Shown here: piece by piece, positions 30,073 through 40,383 of the stretch
Position numbering within the stretch: position 1 is the stretch's first letter
How the letters are laid out: each line of letters starts with the position of its first letter
Assembly (NCBI GenBank): GCA_035476575.1
Contig: DATILL010000074.1
Span: forward strand, 10,073 to 74,072
Reading direction: 5' to 3'
DNA length: 64,000 bases
DNA from: Mycobacteriales bacterium
GTDB lineage: Bacteria > Actinomycetota > Actinomycetes > Mycobacteriales > JACQDL01
Translations under genes and position numbers: made by a program
Notes under the pieces: generated by a model
Databases searched by the model: none
What the model was told of the DNA's origin: nothing
The model's input: the letters and a program-made list of their open reading frames with translations, nothing else

Positions 30073-31548
30073 CTAGGCGCCGAGGCGGCGGAAGCGGGCT
30101 GCCCGGGCGGCGAGGCGATCGGCCGGGTCGGCCCGCAGCAGCGCCGTCAGCTCCGCGGCCAGCACCCCGCCGAGCCGGCGCAGGAACGCGATCCGCTCCT
30201 CCGCGGCGTCCGGGTGCTCCGGCACCACGTAGTCCACGATCCCGTTGGCCAGCAGGTCGGCCGACCGGACCCCCTGGGCGGTGGCCAGCTCGGCCGCCCG
30301 CGAGGTGCCCCGGTAGAGGATCGCCGCGGCACCCTCCGGCGGCAGCGGCGACAGCCAGGCGTGCTGTGCGGCCACCACCCGGTCGGCCGGCAGCAGGGCG
30401 AGCGCGCCACCGCCGGCACCCTGACCGAGCAGCACACACACCGTCGGCGCCGGCAGCTCGACCAGCTCGGCCAGGCAGCGGGCGATCTCCCCGGCCAGCC
30501 CGCCCTCCTCGGCCTCCTTGGACAGCGCCGCACCCGCGGTGTCGATCACCGAGACCAGCGGCAGGCCGAGCTCGGCGGCCAGCCTCATGCCGCGCCGGGC
30601 GGCCCGCAGCCCGGCCGGGCCGAGCGGCGCCGGGCCACGCCGGTCCTGGCCGAGCACCACGCACGGCGCCGCGCCAAACCTGGCCAGCGCGAGGAGCAAC
30701 CCGGGGTCGGCCTCGCCCGCGCCGGTGCCGTTCAGCGTGCTGACCCGGCTGCCGGCCAGCTTGAGCAGCGCGCGGACGCCCGGCCGGTCTGGCCGCCGGG
30801 AGCGTTGGATGGACTCCCAGGCGGGGATGTCGGGCAGCTCGGCCGCGACCGGGCGGGCGACGTCCGGCAGCGGCAGGCGGGCGGCGGTCAGCACGTCCAG
30901 CGCCCGGGCCGCGATGTCCGGCAGTCCCTCGGCCGGGACGACGGCGTCCACCAGGCCGTGCTCGTACAGGTTCTCCGCGGTCTGCACGTCGGCCGGGAAC
31001 TCCTCGCCGTACAGCGCGGCGTACACCCGGGGGCCGAGGAAACCGACCAGCGCACCCGGCTCAGCCGCGGTGACGTGCCCGAGCGAGCCCCACGAGGCGA
31101 ACACCCCGCCCGTCGTGGGATGCCGCAGGTAGACCAGGTACGGCAGGCCGGCCTGTTTGTGCTGGGCGATCGCCGCGGAGATCCGCACCATCTGCAGGAA
31201 CGCGACGGTGCCCTCCTGCATCCTGGTGCCGCCGGAGCATGGCGTGGCGACCAGCGGCAGCCCCTGCGCGGTGGCCCGCTCGGCCGCCGCGACCAGCCGG
31301 CTCGCCGCCGCGACCCCGACCGACCCACCGAGAAAGGCGAACTCGCAGGCCAGTACGGCGATCTGGCGGCCACGGATGCGGCCCTCGCCGGTGCATACCG
31401 CCTCGTCCAGGCCGGTCCGCCGGCGGGCGGCAGCCAACGTCTCGGCGTACGCCGGACCGGCCCGCGGCGGATCGCCGACCGGCTGGTCCCAGGACGTGAA
31501 CGAGCCGGGATCCAGGACGAGGTCGAGTATCTGCCGGGCCGTAGGCAC
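30073..31548 (-). CDS. Carboxyltransferase, fused AccD-like (beta) and AccA-like (alpha) halves
   Basis: The N-terminal half has GGTRMQEGTVAFLQM (AccD-type). The C-terminal half has IDTAGAALSKEAEEGGLAGEIARCL...GQGAGGGALAL (AccA-type). Start set to GTG 31548; the track start 31632 lies inside repeat locus B. Confidence 0.75.
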   Translation of the reverse strand: MPTARQILDLVLDPGSFTSWDQPVGDPPRAGPAYAETLAAARRRTGLDEAVCTGEGRIRGRQIAVLACEFAFLGGSVGVAAASRLVAAAERATAQGLPLVATPCSGGTRMQEGTVAFLQMVRISAAIAQHKQAGLPYLVYLRHPTTGGVFASWGSLGHVTAAEPGALVGFLGPRVYAALYGEEFPADVQTAENLYEHGLVDAVVPAEGLPDIAARALDVLTAARLPLPDVARPVAAELPDIPAWESIQRSRRPDRPGVRALLKLAGSRVSTLNGTGAGEADPGLLLALARFGAAPCVVLGQDRRGPAPLGPAGLRAARRGMRLAAELGLPLVSVIDTAGAALSKEAEEGGLAGEIARCLAELVELPAPTVCVLLGQGAGGGALALLPADRVVAAQHAWLSPLPPEGAAAILYRGTSRAAELATAQGVRSADLLANGIVDYVVPEHPDAAEERIAFLRRLGGVLAAELTALLRADPADRLAARAARFRRLGA

Positions 31549-31598
31549 GTCGCTGAGTGTGGCGAACGCCGCCCACCCACCCCCCGTCGCCCCGTCCC

Positions 31599-31737
31599 GC
31601 GTGTGGTGACCACAACGCCGACAGGTCACCACACGGGCACGGCAGACAACGAAAGGTCACCACAACGCCGACAGGTCACCACACGGGCACGGCAGACAAC
31701 GAAAGGTCACCACAACGCCGGATGGTCACCTCACCGC
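31599..31737. repeat. GGTNACC-box intergenic repeat locus B (6 boxes; two perfect 50-bp tandem units)
   Basis: 31621-31670 is identical to 31671-31720 (50/50). Box starts are at 31605, 31624, 31655, 31674, 31705 and 31724. The full palindrome TGTGGTGACCACA is at 31602-31614. Confidence 0.95.
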
Positions 31738-31755
31738 AAAGGGGCGCAGGTAGCG

Positions 31756-32784
31756 TTGCCGGACGTGACGACCTGGCAGCAGCCACCGCCGACCGTGCCA
31801 CCCGAGCCGCCCAACGCCACCGCAGACGCCGACGCCGACGCGGCCCGGGCCGCCCTGGTACGGCTCCGCGACGAGGTCGGCAAGGCGGTGATCGGCCAGG
31901 CCAACGCGGTCAGCAGCCTGGTCATCGCCCTGCTCTGCCGCGGCCACACGCTGCTGGAGGGCGTGCCAGGCGTGGCCAAGACACTGATGGTACGGGCGCT
32001 GGCGGCAGCACTCAGCCTGGAGACCAAGCGGGTGCAGTTCACCCCCGACCTGATGCCCGGCGACGTCACCGGCTCACTGGTCTACGACGCCCGCACGACG
32101 CAGTTCAGCTTCCGCGAAGGCCCGGTCTTCACCAACCTGCTGCTCGCCGACGAGATCAACCGGACCCCGCCCAAGACCCAGGCCGCGCTGCTGGAGGCGA
32201 TGGAGGAGCGGCAGGTCTCGGTGGAGGGCGACCCCCGGCCGCTGCCCGACCCCTTCATGGTGATCGCGACCCAGAACCCGATCGAGTACGAGGGCACCTA
32301 TCCGCTACCCGAGGCGCAGCTCGACCGGTTCCTGCTCAAGGTGGACGTACCGCTGCCGCAGCGGACGGACGAGGTGCGCGTGCTGCAGGCCCACCACGCC
32401 GGGTTCGACCCGCGGGACCTGCGCGCGGCCGGGCTGCGCCCGGTGGCCGGTCCGGACGACCTGGCCACCGCGCGGGCGGCGGCGCGGGCGGTGCGGGCCG
32501 CCCCGGAGGTGCTCGGGTACGTCGTGGACCTGGCCCGGGCCACCCGCCAGTCACCGTCGCTGTCGCTCGGCGCGTCGCCGCGGGGCGCGACCGCGTTGCT
32601 GGCCACCGCCAAGGCCTGGGCCTGGCTGTCCGGCCGGGACTACGTGACCCCGGACGACGTGAAGGCACTGGCCCATCCGACCCTGCGGCACCGGATCGCG
32701 GTCCGTCCGGAGGCCGAGCTGGAGGGCGTCACCCCGGACGGCGTGCTCGACTCGGTGCTCGCCGCCGTACCGGTACCGCGCTGA
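31756..32784 (+). CDS. moxR: MoxR-family AAA+ ATPase
   Basis: Walker A GVPGVAKT, Walker B LLADEINR, and ATQNPIEYEGTYPLPEAQLDRF. Start is uncertain (TTG 31756 or GTG 31765). Confidence 0.9.
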   Translation: MPDVTTWQQPPPTVPPEPPNATADADADAARAALVRLRDEVGKAVIGQANAVSSLVIALLCRGHTLLEGVPGVAKTLMVRALAAALSLETKRVQFTPDLMPGDVTGSLVYDARTTQFSFREGPVFTNLLLADEINRTPPKTQAALLEAMEERQVSVEGDPRPLPDPFMVIATQNPIEYEGTYPLPEAQLDRFLLKVDVPLPQRTDEVRVLQAHHAGFDPRDLRAAGLRPVAGPDDLATARAAARAVRAAPEVLGYVVDLARATRQSPSLSLGASPRGATALLATAKAWAWLSGRDYVTPDDVKALAHPTLRHRIAVRPEAELEGVTPDGVLDSVLAAVPVPR

Positions 32785-32836
32785 TGAGCGCCCCGCCCCG
32801 CGCAACCCTCCCAGGGCTGCCAGCTCCTCAACGCAC

Positions 32837-34156
32837 GTGGCGGGACGCCGCGCCGCGGGATGGCACGGCGTGGCGCTGACCGGGCGGACCGCGCTGGTCG
32901 CGCTGCTGGGCGCGGGGCTGGCGCCGTTCGGCCCGGTACTGCTGTGGGCGCTCGGCGGTGCCCTGCTGGCCGGCGTGCTCCTCGACCTGGCCCTCGCCGC
33001 CCGGATCGCCGACCTGCGGCTGGAGCGCGCGGGCGCCACGACCACCCGGCTCGGCGAGACGGTGACCGTCACCCTCTCGGTAACCAACGCCGGCCGGCGC
33101 CGGCTGCGCGGCCTGCTCCGGGACGCCTGGGTGCCCTCGGCCGGCGCCACCCCGCGGGTACGCACGGTCGACGTGCCGGCGGGGGAGCGCCGCCGCTACC
33201 CGACCGGGCTGACCCCCACCCGGCGCGGCGACCGGGCCGCCTCGGCGGTGACCGTCCGGGCGTACGGCCCGCTCGGGCTGGCCGCCCGGCAGCGCCGGCA
33301 CCGGGTGCCCTGGGCGGTGCGGGTGCTGCCGCCGTTCACCTCGCGCAAGTTCCTGCCGGAGAAGCTGGCCAGGCTGCGGGAGCTCGACGGCGCGGTCACG
33401 CTCAACCGGCGCGGCCAGGGCACCGAGTTCGACGCGCTGCGGGAGTATGTCGACGGCGACGACGTGCGGTCCATCGACTGGCGGGCCACCGCCCGGCGGG
33501 GCGACGTGGTGGTGCGCACCTGGCGGCCGGAGCGCGACCGCCGGCTGGTCTGCGTGCTGGACACTGGCCGCACCTCGGCCGCCCGGGTTGGCGACATGCC
33601 CCGCCTGGACGCCGCCCTGGACGCCTGCCTGCTGCTGGCCGCCGTCGCGGCGCGGGCGGGCGACCGGGTCGACCTGTTGGCCGCCGACGACGTCGTACGG
33701 GCGTCCGTCGAGGGGTTGGCCCGGGCCGAGGTGCTGCCCCGGCTGGTGCAGGCGATGGCCCCGCTAGAACCGGCCCTGATCGAGTCCGACGCCGGCATGA
33801 TCGTCTCCGAGGTGCTGCGGCGGGAGCGCAAGCGGTCGCTCGTGGTGTGGTTCACCGCCCTGGACGCCGCCCCGGTCGAGTTCGGCCTGCTGCCGGTGCT
33901 CGGCGGGCTGACCGCCCGGCACACGGTGCTGGTCGCGGCCGTCGGCGACCCGACGGTGACCGCGCTGGCCAGCCGCCGCGGTGACCTCGACGCGGTCTAT
34001 ACCGCCGCCGCGGCCGAACGCGCGCTGGCCGACCGGCGCCGGGTGACCGCCCTGCTGAAGCGCCGGGGCGTCATCGTGGTGGACGAGCCGGCCGGAGCGT
34101 TCGCCTCCCGGGTCACCGACGCCTACCTCGCCCTCAAGGCCGCCGGCCGCCTCTGA
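32837..34156 (+). CDS. DUF58 domain-containing protein
   Basis: 439 aa with two N-terminal TM helices and the DUF58 core GTEFDALREYVDGDDVRSIDWRATAR. It follows moxR, as is usual for MoxR-DUF58 pairs. Confidence 0.85.
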   Translation: MAGRRAAGWHGVALTGRTALVALLGAGLAPFGPVLLWALGGALLAGVLLDLALAARIADLRLERAGATTTRLGETVTVTLSVTNAGRRRLRGLLRDAWVPSAGATPRVRTVDVPAGERRRYPTGLTPTRRGDRAASAVTVRAYGPLGLAARQRRHRVPWAVRVLPPFTSRKFLPEKLARLRELDGAVTLNRRGQGTEFDALREYVDGDDVRSIDWRATARRGDVVVRTWRPERDRRLVCVLDTGRTSAARVGDMPRLDAALDACLLLAAVAARAGDRVDLLAADDVVRASVEGLARAEVLPRLVQAMAPLEPALIESDAGMIVSEVLRRERKRSLVVWFTALDAAPVEFGLLPVLGGLTARHTVLVAAVGDPTVTALASRRGDLDAVYTAAAAERALADRRRVTALLKRRGVIVVDEPAGAFASRVTDAYLALKAAGRL

Positions 34157-34180
34157 CCCCGCCCGTTCCCCACCTGCCCG

Positions 34181-34262
34181 CGCCGCCCGTGTGGTCACCA
34201 CTCGGCGTTGTGGTGACCTATCGTTGCCCTCGCCGCCCGTGTGGTGACCTGTCGTTGCCTGC
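34181..34262. repeat. GGTNACC-box intergenic repeat locus C (3 boxes, reverse orientation)
   Basis: Box starts are at 34193, 34212 and 34243 (spacing 19/31). CGCCGCCCGTGTGGT occurs twice, 50 bp apart. There is a 9-bp perfect stem GGTCACCAC/GTGGTGACC with an 8-nt loop (34193-34218). Confidence 0.9.
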
Positions 34263-34270
34263 GGAAGGAC

Positions 34271-35263
34271 TCAGGCGACCGGTGCCGCGTCGCCAGCGAG
34301 GCCGGGGTCGAGGTCGCCGGTCACGCCGGCCCGGGCCGCCCGCCGGCCGAGCAGGACGACGTACGCCAGGAAGCCCGCCTCGGCGAGCGCACCAATCCCG
34401 ATCCGGGCCCACGTCGGCAGCCCGGACGGCGTCACGAAGGCCTCGATCGCGCCGCTGACCGCCAGCACGCCGACCAGCCCCACCGCCACCGTGATGGCCA
34501 CCCGGCCCTCGTTGGCCAGCGCCTGCGCCCGGGGCAGCGGCCCAGGATCGATCCAGGACCAGCCGAGCCGCAGCCCGGCACCGGCCGCGACGAAGACGGC
34601 GGTCAGCTCCAGCAGCCCGTGCGGCGTGACCAGCCCGAAGAACAGGCCGGCGTGCCCCGTCCCGACCATCAGCCCGCCCACGACACCGAGGTTCGCCGCG
34701 TTCTGCAGCAGCACCCACAGCGAGCCGAGCACGGTGATGCCGAGAACCAGCGCGCCGGCCGTGACCACGGCGTTGTTGGTCCACACCTGGGCGGCGAAGG
34801 ACTGCGCCGGGTGCTCGGAGTAGTAGCCGGCGAAGTCGTGCTCGACGAGCTGGCGCAGCTCGGCCGACGTACCCAGCCTGGCCAGCAGCTCGGGGTGCCC
34901 GGCCAGGTACCCCAGCAGCCCGAAGCCGACCGCGAAGAACCCGGCCGCCACCGCGACCGACCACCGCCAGGCGCGGTACACCGCGACCGGGAAGGTCTGT
35001 GTCACGAACCGTGCCGCCCCCCGCCAGGACGCCGACGGCGCGCCCACCACCGAGCTGCGGCCACGGGCGACCAACGAGGACAGCCAGCCCACCAGCGCCG
35101 GGTCGGGGAGCCGGGTCCGCACCACCGACAGGTGGGTGGCGGCCCGCTGGTACAGCGCCACCAGCTCATCCGCCTCCGCGCCGGACAGCCGGCCGCGGCG
35201 GACGAGCTGGTCCAGCCGCTGCCACTCGGCCAGGTGGGCGGAGACGAAAGCGTCGATGTCCAC
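34271..35263 (-). CDS. Stage II sporulation protein M-like (SpoIIM family) membrane protein
   Basis: Has the typical N-terminus VDIDAFVSAHLAEWQRLDQLV followed by about 6 TM helices. Start GTG 35263; the track start 35500 is an over-extension. Confidence 0.7.
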   Translation of the reverse strand: MDIDAFVSAHLAEWQRLDQLVRRGRLSGAEADELVALYQRAATHLSVVRTRLPDPALVGWLSSLVARGRSSVVGAPSASWRGAARFVTQTFPVAVYRAWRWSVAVAAGFFAVGFGLLGYLAGHPELLARLGTSAELRQLVEHDFAGYYSEHPAQSFAAQVWTNNAVVTAGALVLGITVLGSLWVLLQNAANLGVVGGLMVGTGHAGLFFGLVTPHGLLELTAVFVAAGAGLRLGWSWIDPGPLPRAQALANEGRVAITVAVGLVGVLAVSGAIEAFVTPSGLPTWARIGIGALAEAGFLAYVVLLGRRAARAGVTGDLDPGLAGDAAPVA

Positions 35264-35396
35264 GGTGCCGCCCAGCCTATCCGCGCCCCCACCGCCGTCC
35301 CGCTTGTCGCGAAGATCCAGCAATACCCGCGGGCGTGTCCCGGCGGATCGTCGCGACAAGGGCTGGGTGCCCGGCGGACCAGGGCAGACTGGGGCC

Positions 35397-36194
35397 GTGC
35401 CCCAGATCGTCACCGGCGAGGCGGTCGCGCTCGAGCTGCGGATCGCCCAGCTTCCGTCCCGCATGGTCGCCGCGGTGATCGACTTCGCCCTGATGGGCAC
35501 CGCCTTCGCCGTCCTGGCCGCGGCCAGCGGCCCGGTGCTCGGCAGCTCCGACGACGCGGCGGTCGCGGCGTACGTGATCGTGCTGCTGCTGGCGGTGTTC
35601 CTCGGCTACCCGCTGGCGCTGGAGACGGCGCTGCGCGGCCGGACGCCCGGCAAGATGGCGATGGGCCTGCGGGTGGTGCGCGACGACGCCGGCCCGATCA
35701 CCTTCCGGCAGGCGCTGGTCCGGGCGGTGACCGGGTTCGCGATCGAGCGCCCCGGGCTGATGCTGGTGGGGCTCGGGTCGGCGCTGGGGCTGGCGGTCAT
35801 GCTGTTCTCCGCGACCGGCAAGCGGATCGGTGACATGGCTGCCGGCACCGTGGTGATCCAGGAACGGATCGCGCCGCAGCCGGTGTTCCGGCCGTTCCTG
35901 CCGTGGCCGCTGGCCTCCTGGGCCGGCATCCTCGATCTCACCGCGGTGGACGACGGCCTGGCGCTGGCGATCCGGCAGTTCCTCAGCCGGGCCAACACGC
36001 TGTACCCGGCGGCCCGCGAGGCCCTCGGCCGGCAGCTTCTCGCCGACGTGCTGGCGCGCACCACCCCGCCACCCCCGCCGGGCGCCCCCGGCTGGGCGGT
36101 GCTGTCCGCCGTGCTCGCCGAACGGCGGCAGCGCGCCGAGCGCCGCCATCGCAGCACCGGCCCAGCGGCCGGGGAGTCAGGGGCCGGGAGGTGA
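35397..36194 (+). CDS. RDD-family membrane protein
   Basis: RxxAxxID-type start (SRMVAAVIDFALM), TM helices, and the GKRIGDMAAGTVVI motif typical of the RDD family. Start GTG 35397. Confidence 0.75.
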   Translation: MPQIVTGEAVALELRIAQLPSRMVAAVIDFALMGTAFAVLAAASGPVLGSSDDAAVAAYVIVLLLAVFLGYPLALETALRGRTPGKMAMGLRVVRDDAGPITFRQALVRAVTGFAIERPGLMLVGLGSALGLAVMLFSATGKRIGDMAAGTVVIQERIAPQPVFRPFLPWPLASWAGILDLTAVDDGLALAIRQFLSRANTLYPAAREALGRQLLADVLARTTPPPPPGAPGWAVLSAVLAERRQRAERRHRSTGPAAGESGAGR

Positions 36195-36761
36195 GTCGAG
36201 CTCGACGAGCTCGACGCCGTCAGCGGCCACTACGACGTCTCCGGCGAGGTGTACGGCGCGACGCTGGCCGGTGTCCAGCGGTACGACGTCGTACCGGGTC
36301 ACCGTGAGCGGCCCTAGGTCGGTGTCGTAGGTAGTCACCTCCCGGCACCGCCACTCCACGTCCACCGTCCGGGTGGCCAGCGCCGGGCCGGTGACCTCGA
36401 CCAGCCTGGTCCGCCGGGCCTGGCCGGGCGTGATCCGCAGCAGCCGGGCGATCGCCACCAGGAAGCCCGGCGAGTTGGCCGCGAAGCCCGCCGCGGCGGC
36501 GGAGTGTTCGACGCCGTCCCGCACCCACCGCAGCGTCGTACCCTCCAGCCCGCCGCGTAGCAGCCACGGGCCGTGCCGCAGCTCGACCCGGACCTGCCGG
36601 CCGACCGAGTCCAGCGTCAGGTCGACCGCAGTCACGACAGCGCCAGCCCCGACAGCGCCAGCCCCGTCGACCCCGGTGCTCGTGTACCGCCACCCTGCCG
36701 GGCCGGCCGCGCAGGCGAACGCCTCGACCCGCCCGTCGACCAGGTAGCGCCCGCGCGGCAT
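36177..36761 (-). CDS. Hypothetical protein (194 aa)
   Basis: Good GC3 bias. Lies 14 bp downstream of the short adenosylhomocysteinase paralogue. No motif recognised. Confidence 0.55.
   Translation of the reverse strand: MPRGRYLVDGRVEAFACAAGPAGWRYTSTGVDGAGAVGAGAVVTAVDLTLDSVGRQVRVELRHGPWLLRGGLEGTTLRWVRDGVEHSAAAAGFAANSPGFLVAIARLLRITPGQARRTRLVEVTGPALATRTVDVEWRCREVTTYDTDLGPLTVTRYDVVPLDTGQRRAVHLAGDVVVAADGVELVELDSPPGP
36636..36665. repeat. In-frame 15-bp tandem duplication (GACAGCGCCAGCCCC x2), encoding GAGAV-GAGAV on the minus strand
   Basis: 36636-36650 is identical to 36651-36665. Confidence 0.9.
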
Positions 36762-36775
36762 CGGTCAGGCCCGGC

Positions 36776-38038
36776 TCAGGACCCGAACTCCCAGGAGTCC
36801 AGGTACGCCTGCTGGGCCGGGGTAAGGGTGTCGATCTCGATGCCCATGGAGGCCAGCTTCAGCCGGGCCACCTCACGGTCGATCGTGGCCGGCACATCGT
36901 GCACGCCCGGCTCCAGGTTCTCGTGCTCCTTGCACAGCCACTCCAGGGTGAGCGCCTGGTCGGCGAAGGACAGGTCCATCACCCCGGCCGGGTGGCCTTC
37001 GGCGATGCTGAGGTTGGCCAACCGGCCCTCGGCCAGCAGCATCACCCGGCGGCCGTCGGCGAGCAGGTACTCATCCAGCGACGGCCGGACGTTCTTCCGC
37101 TTGCCGACCGCGTTGCGCTCCAGCCAGCGTACGTCGATCTCCACGTCGAAATGCCCGCTGTTGGCCAGGATCGCGCCGTCGCGCATCACCGCGAAATGCT
37201 CGGCCCGCAGCACGTCCTTGTTGCCGGTCACCGTGACGAAGAACTCGCCGAGGGTGGCCGCCACCGCCATCGGCAGCACGCGGAAGCCCTCCATGGTGGC
37301 GTCCAGCGCGCGCAGCGGCTCGACCTCGCAGACCACCACGTCCGCGCCCATCCCGCGCAGCCGCTCGGAGACGCCCTTGCCGCAGAAGCCGTACCCGACC
37401 ACGACCACGGTCTTGCCGGCCAGCAGCGAGTGGGTGGCCCGGCAGATCGCGTCCACGGTGGACTGCCCGGTGCCGTACCGGTTGTCGAACATCCGCTTGG
37501 TGGCGGTGTCGTTGACCGCGACGACCGGGAACCGCAGCGCACCGGCCCGGGCCATCGCGCGCAGCCGCACCACCCCGGTGGTGGTCTCCTCGCAGCCGGC
37601 GCGGATGCCGTCCAGCAGCTCGGTGCGGGCGGCGTGCAGGGTGTTGACCAGGTCGCAGCCGTCGTCCAGGACGAACTCCGGCTCGCTGTCCAGCACCGCG
37701 TTGATGTGCACGTAGTACCCGGTGAGGTCGACGCCCTTGCGCGCGTGGACGTGCACGCCGTACTCACAGACCATCGCGGCGGCGGCGTCATCCTGGGTGG
37801 ACAGCGGGTTGGAGGCGCACAGGTGTACGTCGGCGCCGCCGACCACGAGGGTGCGCATCAGGTTGGCCGTCTCGGTGGTGATGTGCATGCAGGCCGCGAC
37901 CCGGGTGCCGGCGAGCGGCCGCTGCACCGCGAAGCGGTCCCGGATCTGGCGCAGCACCGGCATGGCCCGGTCGGCCCACTCGATGCGGGTGATGCCCTGC
38001 TCGGCAAGCGTCAGGTCGCTCACGTCGTAGTCGGACAC
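36776..38038 (-). CDS. Adenosylhomocysteinase-family protein, short (420 aa, archaeal/Thermotoga-like, lacks the ~40-aa insertion)
   Basis: Has HITTETANLMRTL, EETTTGVVRL, NDTATKRMFDNRYG and the NAD site VVVGYGFCGKGV. There is no insertion between LDDGCD and EETTTG. Confidence 0.85.
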   Translation of the reverse strand: MSDYDVSDLTLAEQGITRIEWADRAMPVLRQIRDRFAVQRPLAGTRVAACMHITTETANLMRTLVVGGADVHLCASNPLSTQDDAAAAMVCEYGVHVHARKGVDLTGYYVHINAVLDSEPEFVLDDGCDLVNTLHAARTELLDGIRAGCEETTTGVVRLRAMARAGALRFPVVAVNDTATKRMFDNRYGTGQSTVDAICRATHSLLAGKTVVVVGYGFCGKGVSERLRGMGADVVVCEVEPLRALDATMEGFRVLPMAVAATLGEFFVTVTGNKDVLRAEHFAVMRDGAILANSGHFDVEIDVRWLERNAVGKRKNVRPSLDEYLLADGRRVMLLAEGRLANLSIAEGHPAGVMDLSFADQALTLEWLCKEHENLEPGVHDVPATIDREVARLKLASMGIEIDTLTPAQQAYLDSWEFGS

Positions 38039-38155
38039 GCGGCTCGCTTCCCGTCAACATGGCTCACCCTCGTGGGCCGGAGTCGCCAGCACCGTGCCAC
38101 CCGACCTGCGGCGGCACGGTGCTGGCCACCTGCGATGTGTCGCCTACCGGCCGGG

Positions 38156-39627
<1,472 letters not shown>

Positions 39628-39628
<1 letters not shown>

Positions 39629-40080
39629 CAACTCTCCTGAACCGAGTCGGGACGGTGGTCCCGGGTCTGCCGCTGCGAGGTGCCACGCCGGGTTGGGGTA
39701 CCGCGGTGAGCGGCCCGGCGGGCGGCGACCTCCAGCAGTTTCTCGTGCTTGTCCTGCTCCCAGCGCAGCCACTCGCTGTCCGGTACGTCGTCCGGGCGGG
39801 CCGGAGTGGCCTCGAACCACTCCTCGACCGCCCGGCGCAACGGCTCCTCGCCCCGCAGCCGTAGCGCGAACCCGACGTCCTGCAGGCCGATGTCGTAGCG
39901 CTCCAGCAGCTCGCGGAGGGTACGCAGCCGCTGCAGCTCGGCTGGCCCGTAGAGCCGGTACCCTGAGCCGGACCGGGGGGCGTCGATCAGCCCGATCCGC
40001 TCGATATAACGCAGCATCCGCGGTGACCAGCCCGTGGTCTCCGCTGCCTCGTGGATCGTCAGGACATCCATCTTAAGCAT
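39628..40080 (-). CDS. MerR-family transcriptional regulator
   Basis: Has the [29 protein letters not shown]...GYRLY. Start is ATG 40080 or 40071. Confidence 0.8.
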
Positions 40081-40383
40081 CAAGCTTAGCAGAAGAATGT
40101 CAAGGTTGCCCGTCGGCGCGATCCTCGCCGAAGATGCACTCGAACCGCCCCAGACGGTACCTTCCCCCGAAAGCATGACGCGTCCGGGGTGGCGGTGGTG
40201 ATCGGATCCCAGCGGGCAAAATGGGCTTCCGTCGCGTGCTCGCCTGCCGATCTCGGGAGCGCGACGACGGCACGAGCAACAGACGACGACACCAGCAACG
40301 ACCCAGCAACGACAGTGGCGACCCTAGACGGACGGACAGCCGACGTGTATGACGACTCGCCGACCCGCCGGGCGGGCGGGCAG

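Noticed and set aside
31548-31632. CxxC-containing peptides (MVTCRRCGHH, MVTCRRCGDL, VTTRRCG...) read from the repeat loci, suggestive of zinc-finger N-termini or small proteins.
   Set aside because: The same peptide strings appear in several frames and strands wherever the repeat occurs (31632, 41766, 51131, 61160). They are a translation artefact of GGTCACC/ACGCCG DNA. They show no RBS and no coding bias.
39629-40383. SAH riboswitch upstream of ahcY.
   Set aside because: ahcY is directly preceded by, and overlaps, the merR ORF. There is no free leader, and nothing resembling the SAH riboswitch pseudoknot was seen upstream of merR.
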